A stretch of 63,628 nucleotides of DNA, counting the filler, from Rhabdomonas costata (taxonomy: Eukaryota): NCBI GenBank assembly GCA_019059605.1. It is 26 parts of 26 records of this genome, joined end to end, with 100 filler letters (N's around TTAATTAATTAA, not from the genome) between each part and the next. Parts side by side here need not be neighbours in the genome. Positions count along the whole stretch, not along the records: positions 24,523 to 26,873 come from JAHMHO010003873.1; positions 26,974 to 29,334 come from JAHMHO010003874.1; positions 29,435 to 31,782 come from JAHMHO010003875.1; positions 31,883 to 34,232 come from JAHMHO010003876.1; positions 34,333 to 36,682 come from JAHMHO010003877.1; 21 more parts are not named here. The stretch is one strand, 5' to 3'. The translations under genes and the position numbers were made by a program. Of this stretch, positions 26,417 through 36,782 are shown piece after piece. The first letter of the stretch is position 1. Every line of letters begins with the position of its first letter. The notes beneath the pieces were generated by a model. The model searched no databases. It was not told where the DNA came from and saw only the letters and a program-made list of their open reading frames with translations.

Positions 26417-26873
26417 ATGGCTGCTGATCCTCAGGAAACCCTTGAGAAGCTCTCAGAATTGACGAAGCGTTGGGAGAAAAGTAAACCTCGCCCTTGCTCC
26501 AGAGCCGCCTTTCTTAACGAGGTGCAAAACCTCCGTGATGCGCTTGAAAGAGCAGGTGACCTTGGCCTGTACGCTCTGACTGCGCTGGTTAAGGCCTATG
26601 GACTCGAGGTGGTGGACTGCGTGGAAGGCCTTGAGTGGGTACGCTCCAAAGTTAAGGAGACTGGCCTTGCTGTAGATACCTGGTACTACTTTGACCTTGT
26701 GAAAGCGTATTGCGTGAATGGCAATCACGGAGAGAAGCTGGCAGAGCTTCATCGCGAGATCACAGACTCTGGACTTGCTTGCAGCCCGGGGATACTGAGA
26801 GTACTGTGCCAATCATATAACAAGTGCCAAAACCGTGAGCAGCAGCGAGAGGGATTGAATGCCCTATGGATGG
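26417..26873 (+). CDS. PPR-like helical repeat protein, 5' part
   Basis: ~36-aa repeats ALTALVKAYG..KETGLAVD / YYFDLVKAYCVNG..TDSGLACS / ILRVLCQSYNK; T-tract plus AG upstream of the ATG. Confidence 0.65.
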
Positions 26874-27077
26874 NNNNNNNNNNNNNNNNNNNNNNNNNNN
26901 NNNNNNNNNNNNNNNNNTTAATTAATTAANNNNNNNNNNNNNNNNNNNNNNNNNNNNNNNNNNNNNNNNNNNNTCCCCGGCATAAGCCGGTACGTGTCAC
27001 TCCGACCGGGCGTAGCCATGCAGGAATACCCTGGGGTTCGTGAGCGAGTGGAGGCAGCTTATGCTGGGGGAACGAGT

Positions 27078-27345
27078 GAACCACTGCACTTCTAGGAGGA
27101 GATGCGAACGTAGTGAGCATCGACGACATCAAGAACCTTAGGGCCCCCACGAAACGCAGTGAGTGGGGATTGGAGGCATGAACGTAGTGAATGCCGACAG
27201 GATACAGGAACGAGGGAGCGCAGCGACCGAGTGACAAGCAACATCTTCTGTATCTGTGAGGGAGCGTAGCCGCACCGCGGTGGAGCGACCGAACCACTGC
27301 ATTTAGGAGGAGATGCTGACCGTAGGGAGGCATCGACGACATCAA
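27078..27345 (+). repeat. Two ~55-bp direct repeats with internal hairpins (27078-27132, 27291-27345)
   Basis: GAACCACTGCA..TAGGAGGAGATGC[loop]GCATCGACGACATCAA occurs twice. Confidence 0.9.
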
Positions 27346-28789
27346 CATCTTTTACCCCTAGAGGCTCATCGTCGCTCCCCACCATTTAAGGTGGTTCGCT
27401 CCTCTTCACTCCCTCAACCCCAACAGCCTATACGTGTCACTTCCCTCGCTCCCCGACTCACATCGGTACGCTCGGTCCGTCCTTGGCGTAGCCGTAGCGA
27501 ACATCCTTACTCAGGGTTACGCTTTGACTTAGCGTTGGGTTTCGAGGGTTTCAGTTGGCGTTGGGTTACCCCTTCACTCTCTTACACCCTTCTACTCCCC
27601 TTCACCTTAGGCTTACGTTGGGGTGTCGGGTCTTTGCCTCTGGTCTCACCTTTCACCTTCCCTCTCAACGTCACGGGTTAGGCATCCCAGCTACGTACTC
27701 AGCACTCTCGACATCCCTACTGGCATCGAGGCGTACCTTTCACCCTGAGTTACCCTTCCACGCTAATGTTGGAGATGGGTTACTGGTTGCCAAGGTGTGG
27801 GTCCGTTACCATGCAAGGGATTGCCGTAGCGTTACCCTTCTACCATGGTCATCACCATCACCATTGGCCTCAAGCAGCAGGATGTCACGCATCGCATTAC
27901 CTTAGCCCTTAACCCTGTAGTGGTACAGCAACTCTACGACAGAGTGTGTCCTAGGGTGGGTTCAGCGTACGTATGCTGACAACTGGTGCTTGAGACGGTC
28001 ATACTCTGCAGCATCGATCCTACGACAACATCACCTTTACCTCTATGTGTGTGGGTTCCCTGTAAGGATACGCCTACTACTACCATAGGGTTAGTGTATG
28101 TGTGTAGGTCTAGCGCATAGTTCCAGCTGTGTGGCTATTCCATCCTATGTGGTAGTGCCTACTCCAGTGGGTATGACCGCTTGACCACTACCACTATCGC
28201 CACTACTACTGCACGTGGGTACATCAACTGGTTTATACCTATGCATATACGCATGGTTATACCCTATGGTTGACTCCTGCACTCAGCCTCATGCGAGACA
28301 GTGATAGGACGCCAGACTCCCTGGGGCTCACAGGCATTGCCATACGTATAGGTATGGTTACCCAGCAAGCTCACCCCAGGCACCAACATCGGGCTCAGAC
28401 ACATGGCGTGAGTGTACTAGGTGCAGATATACGCATGGAGACGCATACCCTTACCGTTCGACCGTTACCCATGCACCTCACCTCATGTGGGGCTGGTGTA
28501 CGTCATAGCCTAGCATCCATCACTAGGTCTTTCGTCAGAGGGACCGCCCCCTGGAACAGCACTGTGCCACTCAAGGTAACATACACACGTATTTCCAGGC
28601 GAACCTGACACCACCGCACAACCCAGACGTTGAACTTCAGGGTGACCAGCCCTTACTACTCGCAGCTACTGGGATACGTTGGCTTGCTTATTTTCGTGCA
28701 GCGCGTATTATGAAGAAAGTCCTTTCTACCACTACCGACCTTGTCCTGGATCCGCAGACCCTTACCTAGCTACCTTCAAAACCGCCCTC

Positions 28790-29160
28790 CGAAGAGAGAA
28801 GAGGAACCCGAGACCGAGACCAAAAGCCCAACCACCAACTCCGATACCCAATGCACCCTCAACTCGCAGACACTCACCAGACCTAAAACCTCCACCCCAG
28901 AATGCCGAATACCAGGAATACCACCAATACCGAATACCACCAATACCGAATACCGAATACCACCAAGACCTAAACCCATGACACCAAACCCCGACACCAA
29001 AAGGCCTCGAAACCCAACCCCTAACCCCGAAACTCAAAGACAGAACCCGAATACCAGAAAGGCCGATACCTAACACCCTCAACTCGCGAGCACTAACCCC
29101 AACCCCTAAGAGGAACCCCGAATACCAGAATGCAAGAACCCAAAAACCTTAAATACCCGA
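28790..29160 (+). repeat. C/A-rich degenerate repeat tract
   Basis: Many CCGAATACC/CAATACC units, ACCCTCAACTCGC twice, GAGGAACCC twice, CTAACCCC twice. Confidence 0.85.
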
Positions 29161-29856
29161 GGGAATTTCTAAAGGTGGGGGGATGCCCGCAAGGGGACCC
29201 CAGGAAGAGATGGAGTGGGGGTGCACCCCCCTGATGCTGGATTCTAGGTCCCCCTAAAGGTCGATGGAGGGGTGGACGTGAGGTGGGATGGGGGGTGCAG
29301 GTCACCTGGGCTAAAGGACCTCCACACCCCCCCCNNNNNNNNNNNNNNNNNNNNNNNNNNNNNNNNNNNNNNNNNNNNTTAATTAATTAANNNNNNNNNN
29401 NNNNNNNNNNNNNNNNNNNNNNNNNNNNNNNNNNCCCGACCCCGTGGAGGAGCTGGTACGGCACGTGCCTCTTTTTGCATCTATTAAGCAGCTATGCGCT
29501 GTTATTGAGCAGTTGAGCGCTGGCGCGGAGCGCACCATAGCTGCTTAACAGCACGGCGTGGGGTGCCAGGTCACCTTGTGTGTGTTGGGCGGTCAAGACC
29601 CCGTGAGGGACTGGCTTCTTGCATCCATCTATCGACGGTTTTTTTATTACTATTATTACTCTTCTGCGAACAAAACAGTGTTAGCGCGGGATGGTGTCCT
29701 TTGTATGCGTCTGTTTGAGGTTCTCCCATCCGTTAATCGGTCCACAAAACGCCAACAAATAAAACTCGGAGGTGTGAGTCATCCCAAAGCTATCACTAGC
29801 AAGCTCAATTTCCTAACTGTTAGGATGCGTGAGCAATGGTTTTTTATATATTTCAG

Positions 29857-30313
29857 TACCACTGCGATGAGACCTCCCTGCGGCTGTGGTCGCGAGCCCG
29901 CAAGCAGCTCTCCCGTGTGAGCTCCGTTCAGTCCGCCACGGCGAAGATGGTGGAGCTGCTCGAGAAGCACACCGCGGGGATGCACTCCGAGGTGACGCCC
30001 GCCATCCCCCCCAGGCGGTGGTCGGATTAACACGTTAACACGTCAGGAGAGTAATTGAACTGCACGGTGGATTTCCTGTCATTGTCATTGAAAACTTCAG
30101 GAGAGAGATAGTCAAGGCCCTCACCCCATGCACTGCCTTCGAACCGATATACGCATCATTGTCAGACGGCATGAAGCCACCTTTGGGTGCAGCCAATGAC
30201 GCTGTGGGGGGTGTGGGTCACGTCTCTCAGGCCAAGGTGCAGTTCAAGGTGCTCAAGGCCGAGGGCCACCCTCTCGACTTCCTCGCCCCCGAGCTCCAGG
30301 CTGCGCTGGCCGC
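29857..30313 (+). CDS. Internal exons of an unknown protein (29857-29991, 30231-30313)
   Basis: GC3-rich, AG/GT bounded, in phase: YHCDETSLRLWSRARKQL..MHSE|AKVQFKVLKAEGHPLDFLAPEL. Confidence 0.55.
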
Positions 30314-33300
30314 GTAAAACTGGCTAATGCGGCTCGCCTCACTGGAGAGAAGCAGCGCCTGTCATTGTATATAGAGAGGCTTTTGGCCTCTGGTCTGTCC
30401 AAGGGCACCACGAGTGGGCCCATGGACGGGTGTGCCCAAAAAAAACAAGCTCCCCACCTGTGTGGGTGCTTGCTACTTTCACAAACTCTCTGTTTGATGT
30501 TCGCTCCCATTCCCAATGGCCCTTTTTTCTCGTTGGGATTCCACCGGGAAAAGGGGGTTGGCCCCACCTTGGCCTTCCTCTTCTTTTTCTCAGACTCCGC
30601 ACCTCGGCTGCATCTCTGCAGTATGAGGGTCACAAGTGGGAGCTCCTGACTTGCTCTTTCCCTTTGGTCACACTGGTGATGTATATATCCCGCGTGTGCG
30701 CGTGCGCGCGTTGTACGATGGGGTGCATCCTTTTAGTAGTTACCCAGGAGCCATTTCGTCCGCCGAATGACGCCGGAGCTCTTGCCTTTGCTTGGCCTTC
30801 CGCGTCCCCCCCCCCCCTTCCCGCCTCAAACACGTGTGTGGGTCTGTGTCTGTGTCTGTGTGTGAGGCTTCCTGGAACGTCTTTTCTGTTGTACTACACG
30901 CTGAGCAGTGTCTCTTTCTAATTCTTTCTTTCCCATTCGTGTGTGGGAAAATGGGATGTTAAGATTTCTTATATACATGCCGATTGTATTCGGATAGGCA
31001 GCAACCAAGCCGAGAAAGTCCAACGCGCCTGACGTGGGAAAAGGTCATGCAACCACAAGTGACGGGAGGCAAGTGAATACATTGATCAGTTTGTCGAACT
31101 GGTATTTGCTTCCTTTTCTTACCGTCATTTCTGGCTGTGGTGTGTGTGCCCTTTTCCTGGAGCGATTGGTAAATGAAGGAAACGCCCGTAAACTAGGTAC
31201 GTGAGTTAATTTTGCGGACAGCCAGCCCTTGCGGTTATTGTGCGCTCTTCTGGGGCATGAAAAGCACGGCAAGCCTGCGTACGCATGGCGGCATTACAAA
31301 AGTTCTAGCCAGAGAAGTTCTGGAACAGGAACAGGAAGATTCGAAAGAGAATGCGGGCACGAAAGACCAAAACACAGAGGAAGGGCATTTATGCAGCACA
31401 CTGGGGGCAAAGAAGTGGGAAAGGAAACCTTTCAGTCTTCTGGGACTGAAAAGCTTCGCAATCTGTCATGCAATCTCCGTCACCTCCTCCCTTTGCAAGC
31501 GCTGTTCAACTTTGACCTATCTCACGCCCATGACGTTTTGATCTGAGTCCGCATGAATTTTGGCGTACCGTAATGGGTGGACTTCGCTCGCTGCCAATCA
31601 GTCTTCGGTTAAGACATCATTATCAAAGAGAATCGTGTGCACAGCGGTTGGCCGTGTCATCATAAAAGCGGTGAGATAAAGCTAACAAGAGGCCAGAAGT
31701 TGGGCTTATACAGAGGACGCGCTGTCATCCATGTAGCATGGCTGCTTCTACGTGTTGTCGATTTTGTGGTGGGCTTGGTTAGNNNNNNNNNNNNNNNNNN
31801 NNNNNNNNNNNNNNNNNNNNNNNNNNTTAATTAATTAANNNNNNNNNNNNNNNNNNNNNNNNNNNNNNNNNNNNNNNNNNNNTTTGTTGGGGGGCCAGGG
31901 ACCCCGGTAGCGTGAAATGGGAACCAGTGCAAGAGGCTACCTACCCGTATCCCGGTCAACTGGGAATTTCCTTATATGCTCCCAACGGTCGTTATACTTG
32001 TTACCCCAGTTTCAGAAGAATAATGCACCACAACGTTGCAGGGTTTGGTGAAAGCGAAGGACAACCCATCCGGTCCCCAGAATTCGTGGGCGAGAAAAGT
32101 TTGACCTGTGCGTGCCTTGCCTTTGACCCGGGCCCTCTTCGGGAGCCTCGGGAGAGAAGAAAAACGTCACAATCGGACAAGGAAGGGAGGTTCTGCCCGC
32201 TCCTCACACATTTCCCTTCCTTTACACCAAGCGGAAGACACAGCACGCCACAACCCCTCTATTTGTGCTAGAAGAAGAGAACCGGGGAAGAGATTCCAGT
32301 TCCGGCGTTTGCACGGAAGGGATAGAGAAGAGACGGAACAACCCCCACCAAAGTATGCTCACCAAATATGGAAGGTAAAATGAAAAGTAAGATGACACGG
32401 CGCTGGAATCCTTATACCAGCATCAGGGAACACAAGAACTTACCTTCGACATTGTCGAAGCTGGAGGCGCGTGCACTTTCTGGAATAGAATGGAGGCAAG
32501 CAAACCCGAAAAAAGAACAAAGTTACAAGGGAGAAGGAAGTGAGGCAGGGAGACATGGCCTAGCTTCCACACCGAAAGCACCACCCCGGAAGTGTCTCTT
32601 TGAGCCGATCGATTGTTCTTGGCCCAAAGGGCCGAGAAAGAAACAGAATGAAAAGCAAGGGAACGAGCAGCACAGGACAAATCCGCTTGGAAGCAACGGC
32701 GGCGTCGTCTTCACCCACCTCTTTTCCCCTTCCCCCCCTTTTTGCAAACAGACGTCTTCATCAGTCGGCCAGATGGCCAAAAAAAACAGAGCTAGAGAAT
32801 GGACAGATCGAAACTGGAATCAAGGAATCACAATAGAAAAAGGCGGGGGGAAGCATCTTCAATGTTCGCAGCAGACAGGGCACCCCACAAGCTTGAAGAT
32901 AATACCCGTAACACAGAATCGAAGTTGATCGTGACTCAGAGAAAGAGACGCGACACATACGCACACCCCCGCATTTAACAGAATCGCTGAGGGCACCAGC
33001 GGGGAAGAGCCAGTGCTGGAGTTTCTGAGGAGGATGGATCACGTGGGGGAGAAGCAACAGCTCATGGGTCACCTAGAGTAAACATAAACTGTAAAAGATA
33101 TTTACCCCCCAACTCGCTAATCTGTGGAGCATTCCTTTCTTGCACTGACATTAGGCAGCCACTGAACACCGTCATGCATCAAATTTCTCAAGCACCCCTT
33201 GTGCAACGTCACAGCCCTTCTGACATTGACAGAGAGGCGGAAAAATCGCCGCCCGCTGTTCATACACGGGTAGATACATTTTATCAAAATATCAAAAGAA

Positions 33301-34635
33301 TTTCTGTCAAATTCAAAAACAACGTTAAATTCTGACTGTTTTCCGCTTTTCTTGCTCGATGCCCGAGGGTGTGCCCACAACTTGAGCCGTGACATTGCGA
33401 AACTTACACTGGAGGGCACTTCCAGGACCTATGGGGCGGCCTATAGGCGGGCTGGGCTATTGTATACCAAGGTACCCCTATACCCGGAACCCTCAAGGCC
33501 CATGGCCCGGCTATGTGGGGGACCCACACACACAAGTAGGCGGAGCTTACCATGGTGCGGGTGTGGGGCGATGGCAGCTCGGCTAGATAGGGCCCCTGTA
33601 TCAAGGGGCTCCAGATGCCAAAGGTTATTGGCTGACCTTATATCATGGCGACATAAAAACCCTAGCGCTATGGCGCTGCACAAACACACGCACGGTTAGA
33701 ATCCTTCGCAAAAAAAAAAAGCTGAGATTCTTCCAAATACGGGCATGTTCTATAGCGCGGGTTCTCTTCTCATGATATTCGGTGGGTGGCAAAGGCAAAG
33801 GGGATCCATTTCCCGAAACGGGCCACACGACTATAAAACGTCGTTACAGCCCTCCGGACACACTGCTGTCTTAGATGTCTCCTCTGACCTTGACCTGCAC
33901 TTTCTGGACGACGCTGTAATGATGCTGTGATGAGGTTGTAATGCCTGTCCCACCTGTCATCTGCACAAGCCCTTGACCAACGGTACTTGTAAAAACCTAA
34001 CCTAACCAAGCGTGCACTGGCGCGAGATAACCACAGCAACAGTTTACCTAACCCCCATCAGTTTACACAGCAAGATTGAGGAGGTTAATACTTTACGGGC
34101 AAGAACAACCGTTACGCCCCACCCGCAAAGATACATCATGTCACCTTTGCAAATGGTGATGAAAGATTGGCTCGGAGGGGAGAATTCCGTAAAAGAGCCC
34201 AGATCCAATGAGAAGAACGTATATTTTGAAACNNNNNNNNNNNNNNNNNNNNNNNNNNNNNNNNNNNNNNNNNNNNTTAATTAATTAANNNNNNNNNNNN
34301 NNNNNNNNNNNNNNNNNNNNNNNNNNNNNNNNTGGGTGGATGAGACGTCACAATCCTGTTATTCTCCCGGATTCTACGGACAGCCTTTTTGAGATGAATA
34401 AGGGAGAGGTTTGGTGAATTGGCCTTTGGTCCTTTCTTCGGCATTGTTTCTGAGTTGTGTTGGATACCTGGCCCAGCCAGGGTCAAAAATAAATATTTGG
34501 GGATCCCCACTCAGCCGACCGGCAACTCGGAGCCCCGGGTGCTTTAACGCTGAACATGATGACTGAACGATTGTAGTAGAGTTGCTGATGCTGTGATGAT
34601 TCGGTGCCTTCCTGCCAGTCCTTCACGTACCTCAG

Positions 34636-35847
34636 GTGCTGGAGTTTTATGAGAAGCACTTCGGCCTGCTCAGGATGGCTTCAAGGCTATGCTCGAGATC
34701 ACCGACGCGGGGAAGCTCCAGCCGGCGATCGAAGCGTTGTACTGTGACGCCAAGGTTGAAGAAATGTGGGGTTTGGCCCACAATAGATTTCGTGCTCGTT
34801 TGTATCGTTTGAAGGCCCCCTGACGGCTTTCTATACGTTCTGTTCACAAGGTTTTCAGCATTCTACTGTTACAAGTTCATCTTCTCGGGTACTCTACCAT
34901 GCCCCACGCTCGGGATCATGCTTTTGGGAGACCGGATGGTTTTCGTTGTATTTTGCTATTACTGTTCCTTACTTCTGGCGCTTTTCAACAAAGGCCTCCG
35001 CTGGCACAATATTGATGTTAAATATGATTCTGCGCGCGATGGCGGCTCCGGTGAATCACGCGAAAGATTATACGTATTACGTTATTATACGCGTATATCG
35101 CCGTTGAACGTGTACCACCCTATTATCATTCACTGCACCGTGTCCACGATGCCCCTGAATAAAAGGGACACCGTGATGGGTGGTAGGTGGTGAGGCGATC
35201 GGGGGTCGCAGGTTCTCGCGGAGTACTGCCGGCTGAACCGCGAGGGCTTCTCGAACATCAACAAGAAGTTCGTGAAGCACAGCCCGGGACGCACCCCCAC
35301 CCTGGAGCTCAGCGCTGCCATTCGCGAGCGCGCCCTCTCCAGCGCCATCGCCTCCAAGGGCCCAGAGGGCGTGCTGGAGGCCCTAACCGCCCTGTTCCAC
35401 ACCAAGTGCGAGAGAGAAACGAGTGAGCGACTGGCGGTGCAAGTGAGAGTGAGATCAGCGAAGGACCTGCATTGCCCTGCATTACCATCTAACGCGTCCA
35501 TTCGAGATCAAAACACCTGGGAAGGTGGTCAAATGAGTGAAAGATTGGAAGCAACCGCACAAGCACCCTTCGGAAATGTTTGCTAGTTTTCGAGTTTGCA
35601 CACGCCAACACCATGCCAAGACATATACGGCCAGGGAGTGGGGGTGCAGGGCAATTTTCCGTCCTTGCAGCGCCTAATTGCCTTTGTCCTTGCACCATTG
35701 TGCGGTGGGACCGGCGTGAACCAGTGGTGCAGTTACAGTTAAAAAAAAGTGACAGCGGAGGGTTTGCTGGTATGCTTATTTCCGAGTGTTTTCCGCATAG
35801 GGTTTTCCCCGAAAAGGATTTGAAGGACGCCTTGGAGCACCTGGAGC
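34636..35847 (+). CDS. SPX-domain protein, partial; exons 34636-34754 (apparent 1-nt frameshift at ~34672), 35212-35405, 35801-35847
   Basis: VLEFYEKH, ALYCDAK|VLAEYCRLNREGFSNINKKFVKH (SPX motif LNxxGFxKIxKKxDK) and VFPEKDLKDALEHL. Confidence 0.75.
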
Positions 35848-36782
35848 GTAAGTGGACTCAGGCATGTCTGTCAGTCTGGAGCAACATCACATCACCTCTT
35901 TTTAGGCCAGTTTATGTTTCAAACACACACCTGCGCGTAGGCATGCATATTCGGGTATTGTCAGCGTCAGTCAAACAATCTGCAAGCCCTAGTTGCGGAA
36001 TTACTTTCTGTTACCACTGGGGGACGGGCGCTCTTTTGGAGGGAAGTGTTTTTGCATTTTGACGGCGTTGACTTGGGTTTGCAGCCCTTGTTGCGGAAGC
36101 GTATGCAATGGGATAAGTTTCGGGGGAAGGGGGGATGAAGGTTGCTCCTGGTGGATCCTTTAGGACGAGCGCTCCAAGCACAGAATTGCCAGCCTAGAGC
36201 AGGCCGCCTTCTTCCGTACCAAGGCGTCGCGCAAGGAGCATCACTACGGTATTCCTTTTTTTCCCACCTTCCCCCCGGCTTGCCCCTTGGTGGCTCGTTC
36301 TCTTATTGCCTGCGATTGCCCTGACTTCACGTCAAATGGCGGGTACCGCATTACCGCATTACCACAGTTTTCTGCTCCACGGTAGTGTTGTATGTCGCCT
36401 TTTTTTTTAGCAACCAGTGCAGTCACGAGCGTGGGGATTGGGGGTTTGCCTCTTGCCGGACTCTCCCGGCGTCTTCTGCCAATGCGATGGGAACATATTC
36501 TCTCCCTCATCGTCTTTTTTTTTTCCCATTTCAGCATGAAGAAACCATTTGCAATGATGCGGGCGAAGAGTGGTGTAGTGCCTTTTTCTTGTTCTTTCAG
36601 TGCTGAGGGTACTGACGGGGACGTCGAATGTGCTGCTGGCAGAGGTGCGCCGGTGCTCCGCCCCCCCCCCCCCCCAAGGGATNNNNNNNNNNNNNNNNNN
36701 NNNNNNNNNNNNNNNNNNNNNNNNNNTTAATTAATTAANNNNNNNNNNNNNNNNNNNNNNNNNNNNNNNNNNNNNNNNNNNN

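Larger units (their letters stand above)
26974..29334. other. Candidate organellar or extrachromosomal DNA fragment (hairpin cluster, unique core, C/A-rich repeat arm)
   Basis: No splice-site or GC3 exon pattern; GNA-loop hairpins at 26975-27500; strand-skewed arms; code-4 open frame 28156-29073. Confidence 0.5.

Noticed and set aside
28121-28275. GYINWFIPMH..MVIP resembling cox1 GFGNWFVP..DMxFP
   Set aside because: Spacing is wrong, the invariant upstream His is missing, and it conflicts with the overlapping code-4 frame; likely chance.
27760-28540. LSU rRNA domain V-like words (GACGAAAGACC and CGATGTTGG on minus; CCAAGG..CCAT and GGGTTCAG..GACA on plus)
   Set aside because: Scattered over both strands with wrong spacing; a covariance-model search would be needed before calling an rRNA.
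28628-28655. GHPEV on the minus strand, as in cox1
   Set aside because: Flanks do not match FWFF/YILILPGFG, and simple U insertion or deletion does not restore them.
34555-34605. ATGATGA...CTGA box C/D-like motifs (also ~33918 and ~15625)
   Set aside because: No terminal stem or recognisable rRNA-complementary guide; such short motifs are common by chance.
35801-35870. Possible GC donor (CAG|GCATGT) in the SPX gene
   Set aside because: A strong canonical GTAAGT donor at 35848 explains the exon end.
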